Shown piece after piece: positions 9,049-19,018 of a DNA stretch of 64,000 nt (the stretch's first letter is position 1; every line of letters begins with the position of its first letter). The DNA lies in NCBI GenBank assembly GCA_022828085.1, contig JAJEIY010000001.1:35180-99179 (forward strand), read 5' to 3'. This stretch comes from Acidobacteriota bacterium. Lineage in GTDB: Bacteria; Acidobacteriota; Vicinamibacteria; Marinacidobacterales; Marinacidobacteraceae. The notes below the pieces were generated by a model that was not told the DNA's origin, did no database searches, and saw nothing but the letters and a program-made list of their open reading frames with translations. The translations under genes and the position numbers were made by a program.

Positions 9049-10462
9049 ATGGTGCGGCGGGTCGCTCCGCGATGAGGTGTCCGATCGAGTTGGCGTAGTA
9101 GTCGACGAAGTGGCGGCGCGGCTCGAGGATCCGTAGGCGCCCCTTGTCGGCCTTCACCATCTGCCGTTGAATCAGGAGTTGGACTCCGAGTTCTACTGCC
9201 GGCTCCCAGTCTTCCCGGGGGATGTCGGGCTCGCCGAGGCGGGCCGCCAGCGTCTCCAGGATCTCGAAGGCGGCCGCCCGCGCCTCGGTCTTCGTGACGC
9301 CTTGATCGCCCCGGTCCCGAATGACCGTGGCCATCAGCGGTACCGGGAGCACCGGCATGATGTCCGCGATGCGCCGCATGAGGTCGTCGGCCAGCACCCC
9401 CACCTCGGCGAAGCGTTCCTCGCGGTCGACCGCCCGCGGGTCGAAGTCCCGACTCCGTAGCCACTCCCGGAGCGAGACCGGTGCGCCCACGCTGAGGGTC
9501 GCATGACCGAAGGGCTTCCAACGGCGGTTGAGCCGTAGCCAGAACTGGTGGCCCACGAACGCCGCGGTCGCTCGCCAGGACCCGAACCGCGTCGCCCGTT
9601 TGCCGCTGGCCTTCATGATCTGGAGGTTCTTGTCCTCGATGACCCGGTCGTAGTTCACCGCCACGGGCACGAACGCCACGTCGCGGCCCGTTTCGGGGTC
9701 GAAGGACCGCACCGCGTAGTCGAGGAGACCGAGACGCGGCCTCCTGAGCTTCCCGTCTTCCGAGAAGCGTCCCTCGATGAAGAACGCCTGCGGCACGCCG
9801 GCGCCGACGGCGGTCTTCACGTGAGCGGCCAGCACGGCGCGGTAGAGGGGACTCCCGGATCCACGGCGGACGAAGAAGCCGCCGAGGGCGCGGAGGAGGC
9901 CCTCGAGAGGCCAGTAGCGCGCCCATTCGCCCACCGCGAAGGAAAGGATGGCCCGGTCCGCGAGCGAGGTGGCCGCGATCACGTAGTCGAGGTTGCTGCG
10001 GTGGTTGAGGACGAAGACCGGGGTGGAGGTCCGGGCGGCCCGCACGATCGCCCCTTCGTCCACGTAACGGACCCGCACGCGGAAGAGATTCAGCATGATC
10101 CGCTTCACCGGGCCGTGAATGACCCGGAAGTAGAGGCCGGCGCTGAGCGAGGGAACGATCTCCTGGGCGTAACTGCGTGCCTCCGCGAGGGCGTCGCACT
10201 GGTCGGCTTCGCTCCGCTCCGTCTCCTTGAGGATCGCGTCCTGCACGAGCGGGTCCACCATCAGCAGGTCGGCCGTGCTGGTCGGCTTCAGGAGCTGGAA
10301 GGCGGACGGCTGGATCGCGAGCCGGCCCTGCGCCTCGTGGAAGGCGTGCGCGTTGCGCCGCTCCCGGCGCCGGCGCCAGAGCGGCCGGACGACCAGTCCG
10401 TAGAGGCACCCCGCCACCAGCAGCGCGAAGACGGGAAGCGGAACGGAGATGGATTCGAACAC
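9047..10462 (-). CDS. Glycerol-3-phosphate / lysophospholipid acyltransferase (PlsB-like GPAT family)
   Basis: The acyltransferase H(X)4D motif VLNHRSNLDY is present in a PlsB-like domain. The GTG start at 10462 is preferred because the upstream ATG at 10597 would overlap proS by 115 bp. Confidence 0.65.
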   Translation of the reverse strand: MFESISVPLPVFALLVAGCLYGLVVRPLWRRRRERRNAHAFHEAQGRLAIQPSAFQLLKPTSTADLLMVDPLVQDAILKETERSEADQCDALAEARSYAQEIVPSLSAGLYFRVIHGPVKRIMLNLFRVRVRYVDEGAIVRAARTSTPVFVLNHRSNLDYVIAATSLADRAILSFAVGEWARYWPLEGLLRALGGFFVRRGSGSPLYRAVLAAHVKTAVGAGVPQAFFIEGRFSEDGKLRRPRLGLLDYAVRSFDPETGRDVAFVPVAVNYDRVIEDKNLQIMKASGKRATRFGSWRATAAFVGHQFWLRLNRRWKPFGHATLSVGAPVSLREWLRSRDFDPRAVDREERFAEVGVLADDLMRRIADIMPVLPVPLMATVIRDRGDQGVTKTEARAAAFEILETLAARLGEPDIPREDWEPAVELGVQLLIQRQMVKADKGRLRILEPRRHFVDYYANSIGHLIAERPAAP

Positions 10463-10481
10463 GGCCTTCCGCCCCCGCCCG

Positions 10482-12239
10482 TCAGCCGAATTCCGGGACC
10501 CGGACGGCCTCCTCGATGCGGTCCAGGAGTTCCGTCCGGCGCGCGGTGAGGGCTTCGGCGAGGCTCTCCAGCGGCACGATTGCGGACGCGTCCTCACCCC
10601 GGATGCGAACCTCCGCTCCGCCGCGGCCCAGCGAGCGCCCCGAGATCACCACCCGCAGGGGGATGCCGATGAGGTCGGCGTCCGCGAACTTCACCCCCGC
10701 CCGCTCGTCCCGGTCGTCGAGCAGGACTTCGAGCCCGGCGTCCTGGAGTTCGTCGTGCAGTCGTTCCGCTGCCGCACCCGCCTGGTCCTCCGGCGCGCGC
10801 CCGGTCAGCGGAATCAGGTGGACGTCGTACGGGGACACGCTCATCGGCCAGCGGAGGCCGTTCTCGTCGTGGTGCTCTTCCGCCACGCAGGCGAGGAGCC
10901 GGCCCGAGCCGATGCCGTAGGAACCCATCCAGATGGGCCGCTCGGCGCCCTCGTCGTCGAGGAAGCGGGCGCCGGCGGCGTCGCCGTAGCGGGTGCCGAG
11001 CTGGAAGATGTTGCCGACCTCCACGCCCCGCGACGTGCGAAGCGCCTCCCCGCAGTCCGCGCAGGCGTGCCCGTCGTCCGCCACCGCGATGTCGGTAACC
11101 AGACCCGGGTCGTAGTCCCGCCCCGCGTTCACGTTCCGGAAGTGGACGTCGCGCTCGTTCGCGCCGGCCACCAGGTTCGGCGACGCCGGAATCGAGTCAT
11201 CGACCACCACGGTGCCCGTGGTCAAGCCGATCGGCGAGGCGTATCCCGGCGTGGCGCCGGCGTTCAGGATCGCCTCGTCCTCCGCGGGACGGAGCCACGA
11301 GGCGCCGACCGCGTTCGCGAGCTTGGTTTCGTTGACGTCCATGTCGCCGCGGATGATCGCGACCACGAGCTCCTCCCGGGCGCCGCCGTCGAGCCCCGCC
11401 GTGAGGAACACCGCCTTCGCCGTGCGGGCGGCCGGAATCTCCAGGAACGCGCTGAGTTCGTCGATGGTGCGGGCGCCCGGGGTATCGACCCGCTCGAGGG
11501 GCAGCGGGGCCTCCGGCTCCGCCGGGGTCTTGGCGAAGCGGGCGATCTGGCGGTTCGCCGAGTAGCCGCAGGCGTCGCAGAGGACCAGGGTGTCCTCGCC
11601 CACCGGCGTCAGGTACATGAACTCGTGCGCCTGGCTGCCGCCCATCATGCCGACGTCGGAGCCGACGGCGATCGTGGGCAGCCCGCAGCGCCAGAAGATG
11701 CGGAAGTAGGCCTCGTAGTGGGCGCGGTACTGGCGCTCGAGTCCCGCGGCGTCATGGTCGAGGGTGTAGGAGTCCTTCATGGTGAACTCGCGCACCCGGA
11801 TCAGTCCCGCCCGGGGCCGTGGATCGTCCCGGAACTTGGTCTGGATGTGGTAGACGAGCTGGGGGAGCTGCCGGTGGGAGCGGATCTCGCTCCGGCAGAG
11901 GTCGGCCACGACCTCTTCGTGGGTCATGGCGAGGACGAGATCGCTGTTCTTGCGGTCCTTGAACCGCGCCATCTCCGGCCCGACGGCGTCGTAGCGTCCC
12001 GACCGGCGCCAGATCTCGGCCGGATGGACGACCGGCATGGTCATCTCCTGGCCGCCGATCCGGTTCATTTCCTCCCGCAGGATGTCCTCGATGCGGGTGA
12101 TCGAGCGGTGCGCCAGCGGCAGGTAGGAATAAAGACCCTGGCCGAGCTGCCGGATGAAGCCCGCGCGGAGCAGCATCCGGTGGCTCTCGGCCTCGATTCC
12201 GGCGGGGGCCTCGCGCAGGGTGAGACCGAAGTGGTGGGA
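10482..12239 (-). CDS. proS: Proline--tRNA ligase (bacterial type)
   Basis: The protein runs from MRLSHHFGLTLREAPAGIEAESHRMLLRAGFIRQLGQGLYSYLPL to the C-terminus. It has class II aaRS motifs plus insertion/editing and anticodon-binding domains, and is about 585 aa long. The upstream part of the track ORF is a frame artefact. Confidence 0.92.
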   Translation of the reverse strand, partial: SHHFGLTLREAPAGIEAESHRMLLRAGFIRQLGQGLYSYLPLAHRSITRIEDILREEMNRIGGQEMTMPVVHPAEIWRRSGRYDAVGPEMARFKDRKNSDLVLAMTHEEVVADLCRSEIRSHRQLPQLVYHIQTKFRDDPRPRAGLIRVREFTMKDSYTLDHDAAGLERQYRAHYEAYFRIFWRCGLPTIAVGSDVGMMGGSQAHEFMYLTPVGEDTLVLCDACGYSANRQIARFAKTPAEPEAPLPLERVDTPGARTIDELSAFLEIPAARTAKAVFLTAGLDGGAREELVVAIIRGDMDVNETKLANAVGASWLRPAEDEAILNAGATPGYASPIGLTTGTVVVDDSIPASPNLVAGANERDVHFRNVNAGRDYDPGLVTDIAVADDGHACADCGEALRTSRGVEVGNIFQLGTRYGDAAGARFLDDEGAERPIWMGSYGIGSGRLLACVAEEHHDENGLRWPMSVSPYDVHLIPLTGRAPEDQAGAAAERLHDELQDAGLEVLLDDRDERAGVKFADADLIGIPLRVVISGRSLGRGGAEVRIRGEDASAIVPLESLAEALTARRTELLDRIEEAVRVPEFG

Positions 12240-12298
12240 GAGTCGCATCGGGGAAGCGGGGCGGAGTGTACTGACGACCCGAATGGTCGCCCCGCGTC

Positions 12299-13705
12299 TC
12301 AGGCGGCGGAAGATCGCCGCTCGGCGCTCGTCCGGCCCGCAGGTCCCGGCGGGAGCAACGGCATCTCGATCACTTCCTGATCGAGGTGGTCGCCCTTCGC
12401 CTCGCGGAGCAGTCGAAGCGCGTCCCCGAGGAGGAAGATGGAGCCGGCGATCACCACCTCGCCCTTCCGGCCGGCGAGCCGGCAGGCCTTGGCGAGCGCC
12501 TGCGGAACGTCCTCGACGGTTTCCGCGCGGGTGCCATTTCCGGCAAACACCCGCTCCGCGCTGTCCTTCAGGTCGGCAGTGGGGAGCGCGCGCCGGGTCG
12601 CCGCGGCGGTCAGCAAGACCCGCTCGAAGTGCGGCGCCAGCGGCGCCAGCATTTCCTCGACCCGCTTGTCGCGACTTGCCCCGAAGACCAGTACCCGCCG
12701 CCCGTTCGTGCCCAGGGTGTCCAGGTACTCCGAAAGTCGTTCGGCGCCGCTCGGATTGTGGGCGGCGTCGAGAAGAAATCGCGGACGGCCGTCGTCGGCG
12801 GGCAGCCATTCCAGCCGTCCCGGCCACCGGACCGCCGAGATGCCCTGGCGGACCCGGACCGGGTCGAGGGTTCCGAGCCTTTCCCGCGCGAAGAGCCGCT
12901 CCGCTCCCCGGACCGCGAGCGCCAGGTTGTCCAGTTGATGCCTGCCGGGAAGCGGCAACCAGAGGTCGTCGTAGGTCGCTACGGGGGTCGAAAGGGATCC
13001 GCAAGCGCCGGTTCGGTGGACGGTGCAATCGAGAGTCGTTTCCCGGGCCACGTCCCGGAAGCGGGCGCCGCGGTCCCGGGCGCTGGCCACGAGGACCTCG
13101 GCCGCTTCGGGATCCTGCCGGGCGATCAGCAGTTCACCGCCCGGCCGCGCCACCGCCCCCTTCTCTCCGGCGATCTCGCGCACCGTCTTCCCCAGATAGC
13201 GCTCGTGATCCAGGGCGATGCGGGTTACGAGTCCGAGCGGCGCGTCGGTCGCGGTCGTGGCGTCCCAGCGGCCGCCCATCCCCACCTCGAAGACCGCCGC
13301 GTCGACCTCGTGCCGGGCGAAGGCAAGGAAGGCGGCGCCGGTGATGGTCTCGAAGAACGACGGCTGCTGATCCGGCGGCAGACGCTCCGCCGCGCTGGCG
13401 ATATCGCCGATCAGGCCGGCGAATTCGTCCTCCGGAAGCTGGCGGCCGTTCACCAGAACGCGTTCGCCGATGGAAACGAGATGGGGCGAGGTGAAGCGCC
13501 CGGTTCGAAGCCCGTGGGCCCGGAGGATCGAGTCCAGGATGGCCACGGTCGAGCCCTTCCCGTTCGTCCCCGCGACGACCACCGACGGGAACCGGTGCTC
13601 GGGGTGGCCGAGCGCCCGGGCGAGCAGCCGGATGTTCCGGGTCCCCACCTTGACGTGGAACTGCTCGCGGCTCTTCAGGAAAGCGAGCGCCTCCTCGTAC
13701 CTCAT
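12299..13705 (-). CDS. folC: Bifunctional folylpolyglutamate synthase / dihydrofolate synthase
   Basis: A Mur-ligase family P-loop VVVAGTNGKGST is present within a FolC-like architecture. The start MRYEEALAFL lies 29 bp downstream of the accD stop, the classic accD-folC arrangement. Confidence 0.85.
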   Translation of the reverse strand: MRYEEALAFLKSREQFHVKVGTRNIRLLARALGHPEHRFPSVVVAGTNGKGSTVAILDSILRAHGLRTGRFTSPHLVSIGERVLVNGRQLPEDEFAGLIGDIASAAERLPPDQQPSFFETITGAAFLAFARHEVDAAVFEVGMGGRWDATTATDAPLGLVTRIALDHERYLGKTVREIAGEKGAVARPGGELLIARQDPEAAEVLVASARDRGARFRDVARETTLDCTVHRTGACGSLSTPVATYDDLWLPLPGRHQLDNLALAVRGAERLFARERLGTLDPVRVRQGISAVRWPGRLEWLPADDGRPRFLLDAAHNPSGAERLSEYLDTLGTNGRRVLVFGASRDKRVEEMLAPLAPHFERVLLTAAATRRALPTADLKDSAERVFAGNGTRAETVEDVPQALAKACRLAGRKGEVVIAGSIFLLGDALRLLREAKGDHLDQEVIEMPLLPPGPAGRTSAERRSSAA

Positions 13706-13733
13706 GGAAGTGAAGCGGAAGGAACCGCCGGCT

Positions 13734-14669
13734 CTACCGGGCGGTGCGGGCCAGCGCCGGCTCCGGTGCGGTCTGCACCGTGGCGGCGGTGTCCTTCTCC
13801 ACCGAAGCCGCGGCTTCGGCGGGTTCGTACATGAATCGCAGGAAACCGCCCAACACACCCCGAAGGTCCCGGCGGTGGACCACCCGGTCGAGCATCCCGT
13901 GGCGGAGCAGGAACTCCGAACGCTGGAAGCCGGGAGGCAGCTCGCCGCGGATCGTCTGCTGGATCACGCGGGGGCCGGCGAATCCGATCAGCGCTCCGGG
14001 CTCGGCAAGGTTCATGTCGCCGAGCATCGCGTAGCTGGCGGTGACACCCCCGGTCGTCGGATGGGTGAGCACCGAGATGTACGGCAGGCCCGCATCGTCG
14101 AGCACCGCGAGCGCCGCTGAGATCTTGGCCATCTGCATCAGCGAGAGGGCGCCCTCCTGCATCCGGGCGCCGCCCGAACAGGAGACCACGATCAGCGGGA
14201 TCCGGGCCTCGCAGGCCGCTTCCACCGCGCGGGTGATCTGCTCGCCCACCACGACGCCCATGCTGCCGCCGATGAAGGCGTACTCCATGACGGCGAGGAC
14301 CACCGGCGTGCGCTCGATCTCGGCGCGCACCACGATGACGGCGTCGTCGAGGCCAGTCTTCTCCGCGCCCTTCCGGAGCCGGTCGGAATAGTCCACCCGG
14401 TCGCGGAAGCGGAGGGGATCGTTGGAGCGGATGTCCGCGGAGATCTCCCGATAGACCCCCTCGTCAACCAGCATCTCGATGCGCTCGCGGGCGCCGAGCC
14501 GCAGGTGGAAGTCGCACCGGGGACAGACTTCGAGGTTCTCCCGGAGGGCCCGTCCGTAAACGATCTCGGAACAACCCTCGCAGCGGACGAAGAGGCCCTG
14601 CGGCACCTGGGGCCCGGGGCGACTGTCTCCGCTGGCGCCGGGATTCCCGCGCCCTTCCGAGGTGGACAT
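13734..14669 (-). CDS. accD: Acetyl-CoA carboxylase carboxyltransferase subunit beta
   Basis: The start MSTSEG is followed by an N-terminal Cys4 zinc finger (CEGCSEIVYGRALRENLEVCPRCDFH), then a carboxyltransferase domain, giving about 311 aa. The upstream part of the track ORF is junk. Confidence 0.9.
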   Translation of the reverse strand: MSTSEGRGNPGASGDSRPGPQVPQGLFVRCEGCSEIVYGRALRENLEVCPRCDFHLRLGARERIEMLVDEGVYREISADIRSNDPLRFRDRVDYSDRLRKGAEKTGLDDAVIVVRAEIERTPVVLAVMEYAFIGGSMGVVVGEQITRAVEAACEARIPLIVVSCSGGARMQEGALSLMQMAKISAALAVLDDAGLPYISVLTHPTTGGVTASYAMLGDMNLAEPGALIGFAGPRVIQQTIRGELPPGFQRSEFLLRHGMLDRVVHRRDLRGVLGGFLRFMYEPAEAAASVEKDTAATVQTAPEPALARTAR

Positions 14670-14782
14670 ATGAGCCGGGCATCCTAACAGAGGGGGCGCG
14701 TCGCGGCCTGACGGGAGGGGGCGTTCCCCGGCGGGTGTCGGCCCCCGCGATCTCCGTGTTTCCGGGCGAACTTTCCGCGGGT

Positions 14783-15382
14783 TCAGTCGATAAAGAGGGG
14801 CACGATGGCGGCGACGAGCAGCAGTCCCGTCGCGACGTTGAAGATCCGGAGCCGGTTGCGGCGCTTCAGGAGCCGCCCGATCCCGACTCCGAAGAGCGTC
14901 CAGACGGAAGCGCAGGCGTAGTTGACCGAGACGAAGCTCAGGGTGATCGCGCCCACTTCGAGGAAGAGGTCTCCCTCGACGGTGGTAAAGGCGCTGACGG
15001 CCCCGACGGCAACCACCCACCCTTTGGGGTTGACCCACTGGAACGCCGCGGCCTGAAGGAAGGTGAACGGGCGGCCGGGGCGTTCCGTCGCCGGTCCGGT
15101 TCCGCTGGCCGTGGCGATCCTCCAGGCCATCCAGAGGATGGCTGCCGAGCCCACGTACTTGAGGACGACGTGCACCGCGGGGGCGGCCTCGAAGACCCCC
15201 CCGAGGCCGAACCCCACCCCGGCCACCATGGCCGGATACCCGAGGCCGATGCCCAGGAGATGCGGGATCGTCCGCCGGTAGCCGAAGTTCGCCCCCGAGG
15301 CGGTGACCATGACGTTGTTGGGCCCGGGCGTGATCGACATGGAGAACGCGAAGAGCGCGACGGGGAGGATCAGGTCGAGCAT
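14783..15382 (-). CDS. LysE/RhtB family amino-acid exporter
   Basis: The 199-aa protein has six TM segments and the LysE-family N-terminus MLDLILPVALFAFSMSITPGPNN. Confidence 0.8.
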   Translation of the reverse strand: MLDLILPVALFAFSMSITPGPNNVMVTASGANFGYRRTIPHLLGIGLGYPAMVAGVGFGLGGVFEAAPAVHVVLKYVGSAAILWMAWRIATASGTGPATERPGRPFTFLQAAAFQWVNPKGWVVAVGAVSAFTTVEGDLFLEVGAITLSFVSVNYACASVWTLFGVGIGRLLKRRNRLRIFNVATGLLLVAAIVPLFID

Positions 15383-15519
15383 GCGAGGGACTGCTTTGGC
15401 GGGGAGGAATCTACTGTTGCCTCGCTGCGCTTCACGAGGGTCGGATTCATGTCCTTCGCGGCGCTACGCGCTGCGGTGCCGGGAGAAACGCCCAGGCGCG
15501 CGTCCTCCTGCGCACCGCG

Positions 15520-15636
15520 CCCGTCATGAGAATGGCGGAAACGGCTTGGAACGCCGGTCTCCGACCGGCACGCGGCCCGAAGGGCCGCAGGCGACGTGTC
15601 GCTGTTTGCCCCGATGGGACGCCGGGACAAACAGGT
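15520..15636 (+). repeat. Intergenic repeat element copy D (core plus hairpin 1, covarying hairpin 2 GCGGCCC-GAA-GGGCCGC, and a long CTGTTTG...CAAACAG hairpin)
   Basis: The core GGCTTGGAACGCCGGTCTCCGACCGGC lies at 15543-15569. It is preceded by GTCATGAGAATGGCG, cf. GCCGTGATGGCG in copy B. It forms an inverted pair with copy E. Confidence 0.7.
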
Positions 15637-15680
15637 GCCCTCGCTTCCGGTCGGCTCCGAAGGAGAGAGCCATGCCGCGG

Positions 15681-15755
15681 GTCGGCGTCACGACGTGCGC
15701 GGGGCGGAGCACCGCGCGTGCCGGTCGGAGACCGGCGTTCCAGGCCGGCGGCGTC
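15681..15755 (-). repeat. Intergenic repeat element copy E (reverse orientation; about 94% identical to copy B over about 90 bp)
   Basis: The reverse complement reads GCGCCGTGATGACGCCGCCGGCCTGGAACGCCGGTCTCCGACCGGCACGCGCGGTGCTCCGCCCCGCGCACGTCGTG. Confidence 0.75.
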
Positions 15756-15854
15756 ATCACGGCGCTTGACCGACCCGCAGGACTGCATTCTCACAGCAAA
15801 CTCGCGACGGCAATCGTCCCCGTCGTCACCACCCAACCAGGGACGGCGCAACGA

Positions 15855-16322
15855 ATGAAGCGCCTCAACCGCGTCCTCGTAGCGGCCGAAACCTGCGCAG
15901 CCGGCGCCCTCGTGGTCGCGGTCTGCGCCGTCGTCCTCCTTCAGGTCCTGATGCGCTACCTCTTCGCCGCCCCGAACCCCTGGAGCGAGGAGCTCTCGCG
16001 CTTCGCCTTCATCTGGGTGTCGCTGCTCGGGGCCTCGCTGGCGGTGGAGCACCGGGCCCACTTCGGGTTCGACCAGGTCACGAAGAAGCTGGCCCCACGG
16101 GTGAGGCGGACGGTGGAGCGGTTTGCCTGGGCGGTCGTGCTGGCGTTCTCCCTCGTCCTCATCACGACCGGAATCGCCTTGATGGACCTCACCCTGGGCG
16201 AGCGCTCCGCGGCGCTGAACCTGCCCGTCGCGCTCGTCTATGCGGCGGCGCCGGTGTCGGGGCTGCTGATGGCGATCCACCTGCTCGCCGGGCGGGCAGG
16301 CCGCGGCGAGGAGAACGGATGA
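15855..16322 (+). CDS. dctQ: TRAP transporter small permease subunit
   Basis: The 155-aa protein has four TM segments. Its start MKRLNRVLVAAE is in frame with the track ORF at its 185th codon. Its stop overlaps the dctM start as ATGA. Confidence 0.8.
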   Translation: MKRLNRVLVAAETCAAGALVVAVCAVVLLQVLMRYLFAAPNPWSEELSRFAFIWVSLLGASLAVEHRAHFGFDQVTKKLAPRVRRTVERFAWAVVLAFSLVLITTGIALMDLTLGERSAALNLPVALVYAAAPVSGLLMAIHLLAGRAGRGEENG

Positions 16323-17596
16323 TGGGCGGCCTGCTCCTCGGCGCCTTCGGCGCGCTGGTGGCGGCGGCGGTACCCATCGGCTTCGCGCTCGCCACCGCCG
16401 CCGTCATCGCCATCGTGGCGGCGGATCTGCCGCTCGTCCTCATCCCGCAGCAGATCGTCGCCGGGATGGACTCCTTCCCGATGCTCGCGGTGCCGCTTTT
16501 CATCCTGGCGGGCTTCCTCATGGACGTCGGGGGCATCAGCCGCCGGCTGGTGGCGCTCGCGCGTTCCCTGGTCGGACACCTCCCCGGGGGTCTCGGACAG
16601 GTGGTGATCATGGCCGAGATGTTCTTCTCGGGCGTCTCGGGCTCCACGTCCGCGGACGCGGCCGCCATCGGGGGCATCATGGTGCCCCAGCTCACCGCGA
16701 ACGGATACAGCCGGGAGCGCTCCACCGCGATCGTCTCGGCGGCGTGCGGGATGGGGATCCTGATTCCGCCGGCCATCGTGATGGTCATCTACGGCGTGAT
16801 CGGGGGCGTCTCCATCGGCGCCCTGTTCGTCGCCTCCATCGCGCCCGCCCTCCTCATCGCCGCGGGCCTGATGGCGCAGATCGGGTGGCAGGCGCGGCGG
16901 CAGGGGTGGCCGGCCGGCGAGCGCGCCTCCTTCGCAGACGTTCGCCGCGCCGGGCTCGACGCCGTGCTTCCGCTCTTCATGATCGTGGTCATCCTGGGCG
17001 GCATCCGCTTCGGCCTCTTCACGCCCACCGAGGCCGCGGCCGTCGCCGTCGCCTACGCGCTGCTGCTGGCCGGGCCGGTCTACCGGTCGCTGACCGCCCG
17101 GGGGCTCTGGGACAAGGTCGTCCAGACCGCTCTGGTGTCCGGGATGGTGCTCTTCGTGGTGGGCGCGGCCCGCCTCCTGGGCTGGGTCCTCGCGGTCGAG
17201 GAGGTGCCCCAGGCGCTCGCCTCCTCGGTGGTGGGAATGGGCGGCGGCGCGGCCGGCTTCCTGATCCTCACCATTCTCGTCTTCCTGCCGCTCGGCGCCA
17301 TCCTCGAGGGCGTGCCGGCGGTCGTCATGCTGACGCCGATCCTGCTGCCGATCGCGCGCCAGCTCGGGATCGACCCCGTGCACTACGGCGCCGTCATCGT
17401 GGCGACCCAGGGGATCTCCGTGTTCCTGCCCCCGGTGGGAGTCAGCCTCCTGGTGGCCTGCTCGGTGGGAGGGGTCGAGCCGGCGAAGGTCGCCCGGCCG
17501 CTCGCGCCCTACCTGGCGCTCATGCTGGCGCTCACCCTCGTCATCGCGTTTATGCCGGGCGTGGTGCTGTTCCTGCCGAACCTGCTCGGCTACTGA
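16319..17596 (+). CDS. dctM: TRAP transporter large permease subunit
   Basis: The 425-aa polytopic protein has DctM-family conserved blocks (FLMDVGGIS, MAEMFFSGVSGS). Confidence 0.9.
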   Translation: MMGGLLLGAFGALVAAAVPIGFALATAAVIAIVAADLPLVLIPQQIVAGMDSFPMLAVPLFILAGFLMDVGGISRRLVALARSLVGHLPGGLGQVVIMAEMFFSGVSGSTSADAAAIGGIMVPQLTANGYSRERSTAIVSAACGMGILIPPAIVMVIYGVIGGVSIGALFVASIAPALLIAAGLMAQIGWQARRQGWPAGERASFADVRRAGLDAVLPLFMIVVILGGIRFGLFTPTEAAAVAVAYALLLAGPVYRSLTARGLWDKVVQTALVSGMVLFVVGAARLLGWVLAVEEVPQALASSVVGMGGGAAGFLILTILVFLPLGAILEGVPAVVMLTPILLPIARQLGIDPVHYGAVIVATQGISVFLPPVGVSLLVACSVGGVEPAKVARPLAPYLALMLALTLVIAFMPGVVLFLPNLLGY

Positions 17597-17609
17597 GGAC
17601 CGCAAGGCG

Positions 17610-18992
17610 ATGGTGACGGACCTGTTCCTCGATTTCGCACTCATTTCCGGCCTGCTCGTCGTCGCGCACCTTCTCCGGACGTGGGTGCGGTTCTTCCAGG
17701 CCATCTTCCTGCCCACGCCGATCCTGGCCGGTCTCATCGGGCTCGCCGCGGGACCCGAGGGCGCGGATCTCCTCCCCTTCGCCCGCGACGCGTCCGGCGC
17801 TCCGGTGATGGGCCGCTACCCGGGCGAACTGATCGTGGTGCTCTTCGGCACCCTCTTCATGGGCTGGCGCCCGAACGCGCCGCGCTTCGGGCAGATGCTC
17901 CGCGACGTCGGAGACACCTTCTTCTACAACCTCTCGGCCTGGGTCGGCCAGTTCGGCCTCGCGCTCCTCTTCGCCGGCGCGGTCCTGATCCCGCTGTTCC
18001 CCGAGGTGGGCGGGCCCTTCGCCCTGATGCTTCCCGGCGGCTTCGTCGGCGGCCACGGCACCGCCACCGCCATCGGGTCGGTCCTCGCCGAACAGGGGTA
18101 CGCGGACGCCCTCCCCGTCGGATACACCTTCGCCACCATCGGACTCCTGGCGGCCGTGTTCGGTGGCGTCGCCGCGATCAACCTCGCCACCCGGGCGGGC
18201 TGGACCCGCCTCGTCTCCAGCCCGCACGAGCTTCCCGAAGACCAGCGGCGGGGCCTGATCGCACCGGAAGACGCCCGGGACGCCGTCAAGGAAACCGTCA
18301 GCCCGCTGGCCCTCGACACCCTTTCCTGGCACTTCGGACTCGTCCTGGCCGCCTACGGAGCCGCCCACGCCGCGAGCTGGGCGCTCCGGTCGGCGGGAAG
18401 CCTCTTCAACGCCCTCCCCATGTTCGCGCTCGCGGTGATCTGCGGCGCGCTGCTCCAGGGCGCGCTCAACCGGCTGGGCGTGGGCCGGAACGTGGACCGG
18501 GCCACGATGGCGCGCATCGGATCCTCCGTCTCGGACTTCCTGGTGGCCTTCGGGGTGGCCTCGATCCCGCTCTCGACGGTGGCGGCGTATGCGGCGCCCA
18601 TCCTGGTGATGTCCGCGTTCGGCTTCGCCCACGCGGCCCTCATCACCTGGTGGATCGCCCGCCGGACCTTCCGCAACTACTGGTTCGAGCGGGGCCTGTT
18701 CACGTTCGGTTACGCCACCGGCGTGGTCGGGATGGGGATCGCGCTGCTCCGCGTGGTGGACCCCCAGCGGAAGTCCGGAACGCTTGACGACTACGGCGTG
18801 GCGTACCTCCCGATCGCGGTGATCGAGATCGCCATCCTCACGACGCTGCCGCTGTGGGTCGCCGCCGGCGCCGTCTGGATGCCGGGTCTCGCGCTGACCG
18901 CCTTCGCGGCCGCGCTGCTGCTGCTCTCGTGGAAGTCGATCGGCTTCTTCCCGTCCGATCCCGGAATCCGTCGGGTGGGAGAGCCCGGATAG
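17610..18992 (+). CDS. Sodium/glutamate symporter family (GltS-like) membrane protein
   Basis: The 460-aa polytopic protein contains [16 protein letters not shown], matching the GltS signature region (SGGHGTGAA). Confidence 0.65.
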   Translation: MVTDLFLDFALISGLLVVAHLLRTWVRFFQAIFLPTPILAGLIGLAAGPEGADLLPFARDASGAPVMGRYPGELIVVLFGTLFMGWRPNAPRFGQMLRDVGDTFFYNLSAWVGQFGLALLFAGAVLIPLFPEVGGPFALMLPGGFVGGHGTATAIGSVLAEQGYADALPVGYTFATIGLLAAVFGGVAAINLATRAGWTRLVSSPHELPEDQRRGLIAPEDARDAVKETVSPLALDTLSWHFGLVLAAYGAAHAASWALRSAGSLFNALPMFALAVICGALLQGALNRLGVGRNVDRATMARIGSSVSDFLVAFGVASIPLSTVAAYAAPILVMSAFGFAHAALITWWIARRTFRNYWFERGLFTFGYATGVVGMGIALLRVVDPQRKSGTLDDYGVAYLPIAVIEIAILTTLPLWVAAGAVWMPGLALTAFAAALLLLSWKSIGFFPSDPGIRRVGEPG

Positions 18993-19018
18993 CTCTCGCG
19001 CGATGCGGCGCGAGGCCG

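Noticed and set aside
10482-13028. Upstream 263 codons of the proS track ORF, and similar long N-terminal extensions on the accD, folC, flavin-reductase, TGase and S12 track ORFs
   Set aside because: The extensions run into or across neighbouring genes and have junk composition. Starts were placed at conserved N-termini such as MRLSHHFGL, MSTSEG and MRYEEALAFL.
10449-13834. 643-aa (10449-12380) and 482-aa (12386-13834) plus-strand ORFs
   Set aside because: They are antisense to proS and folC, whose protein homology is unambiguous.
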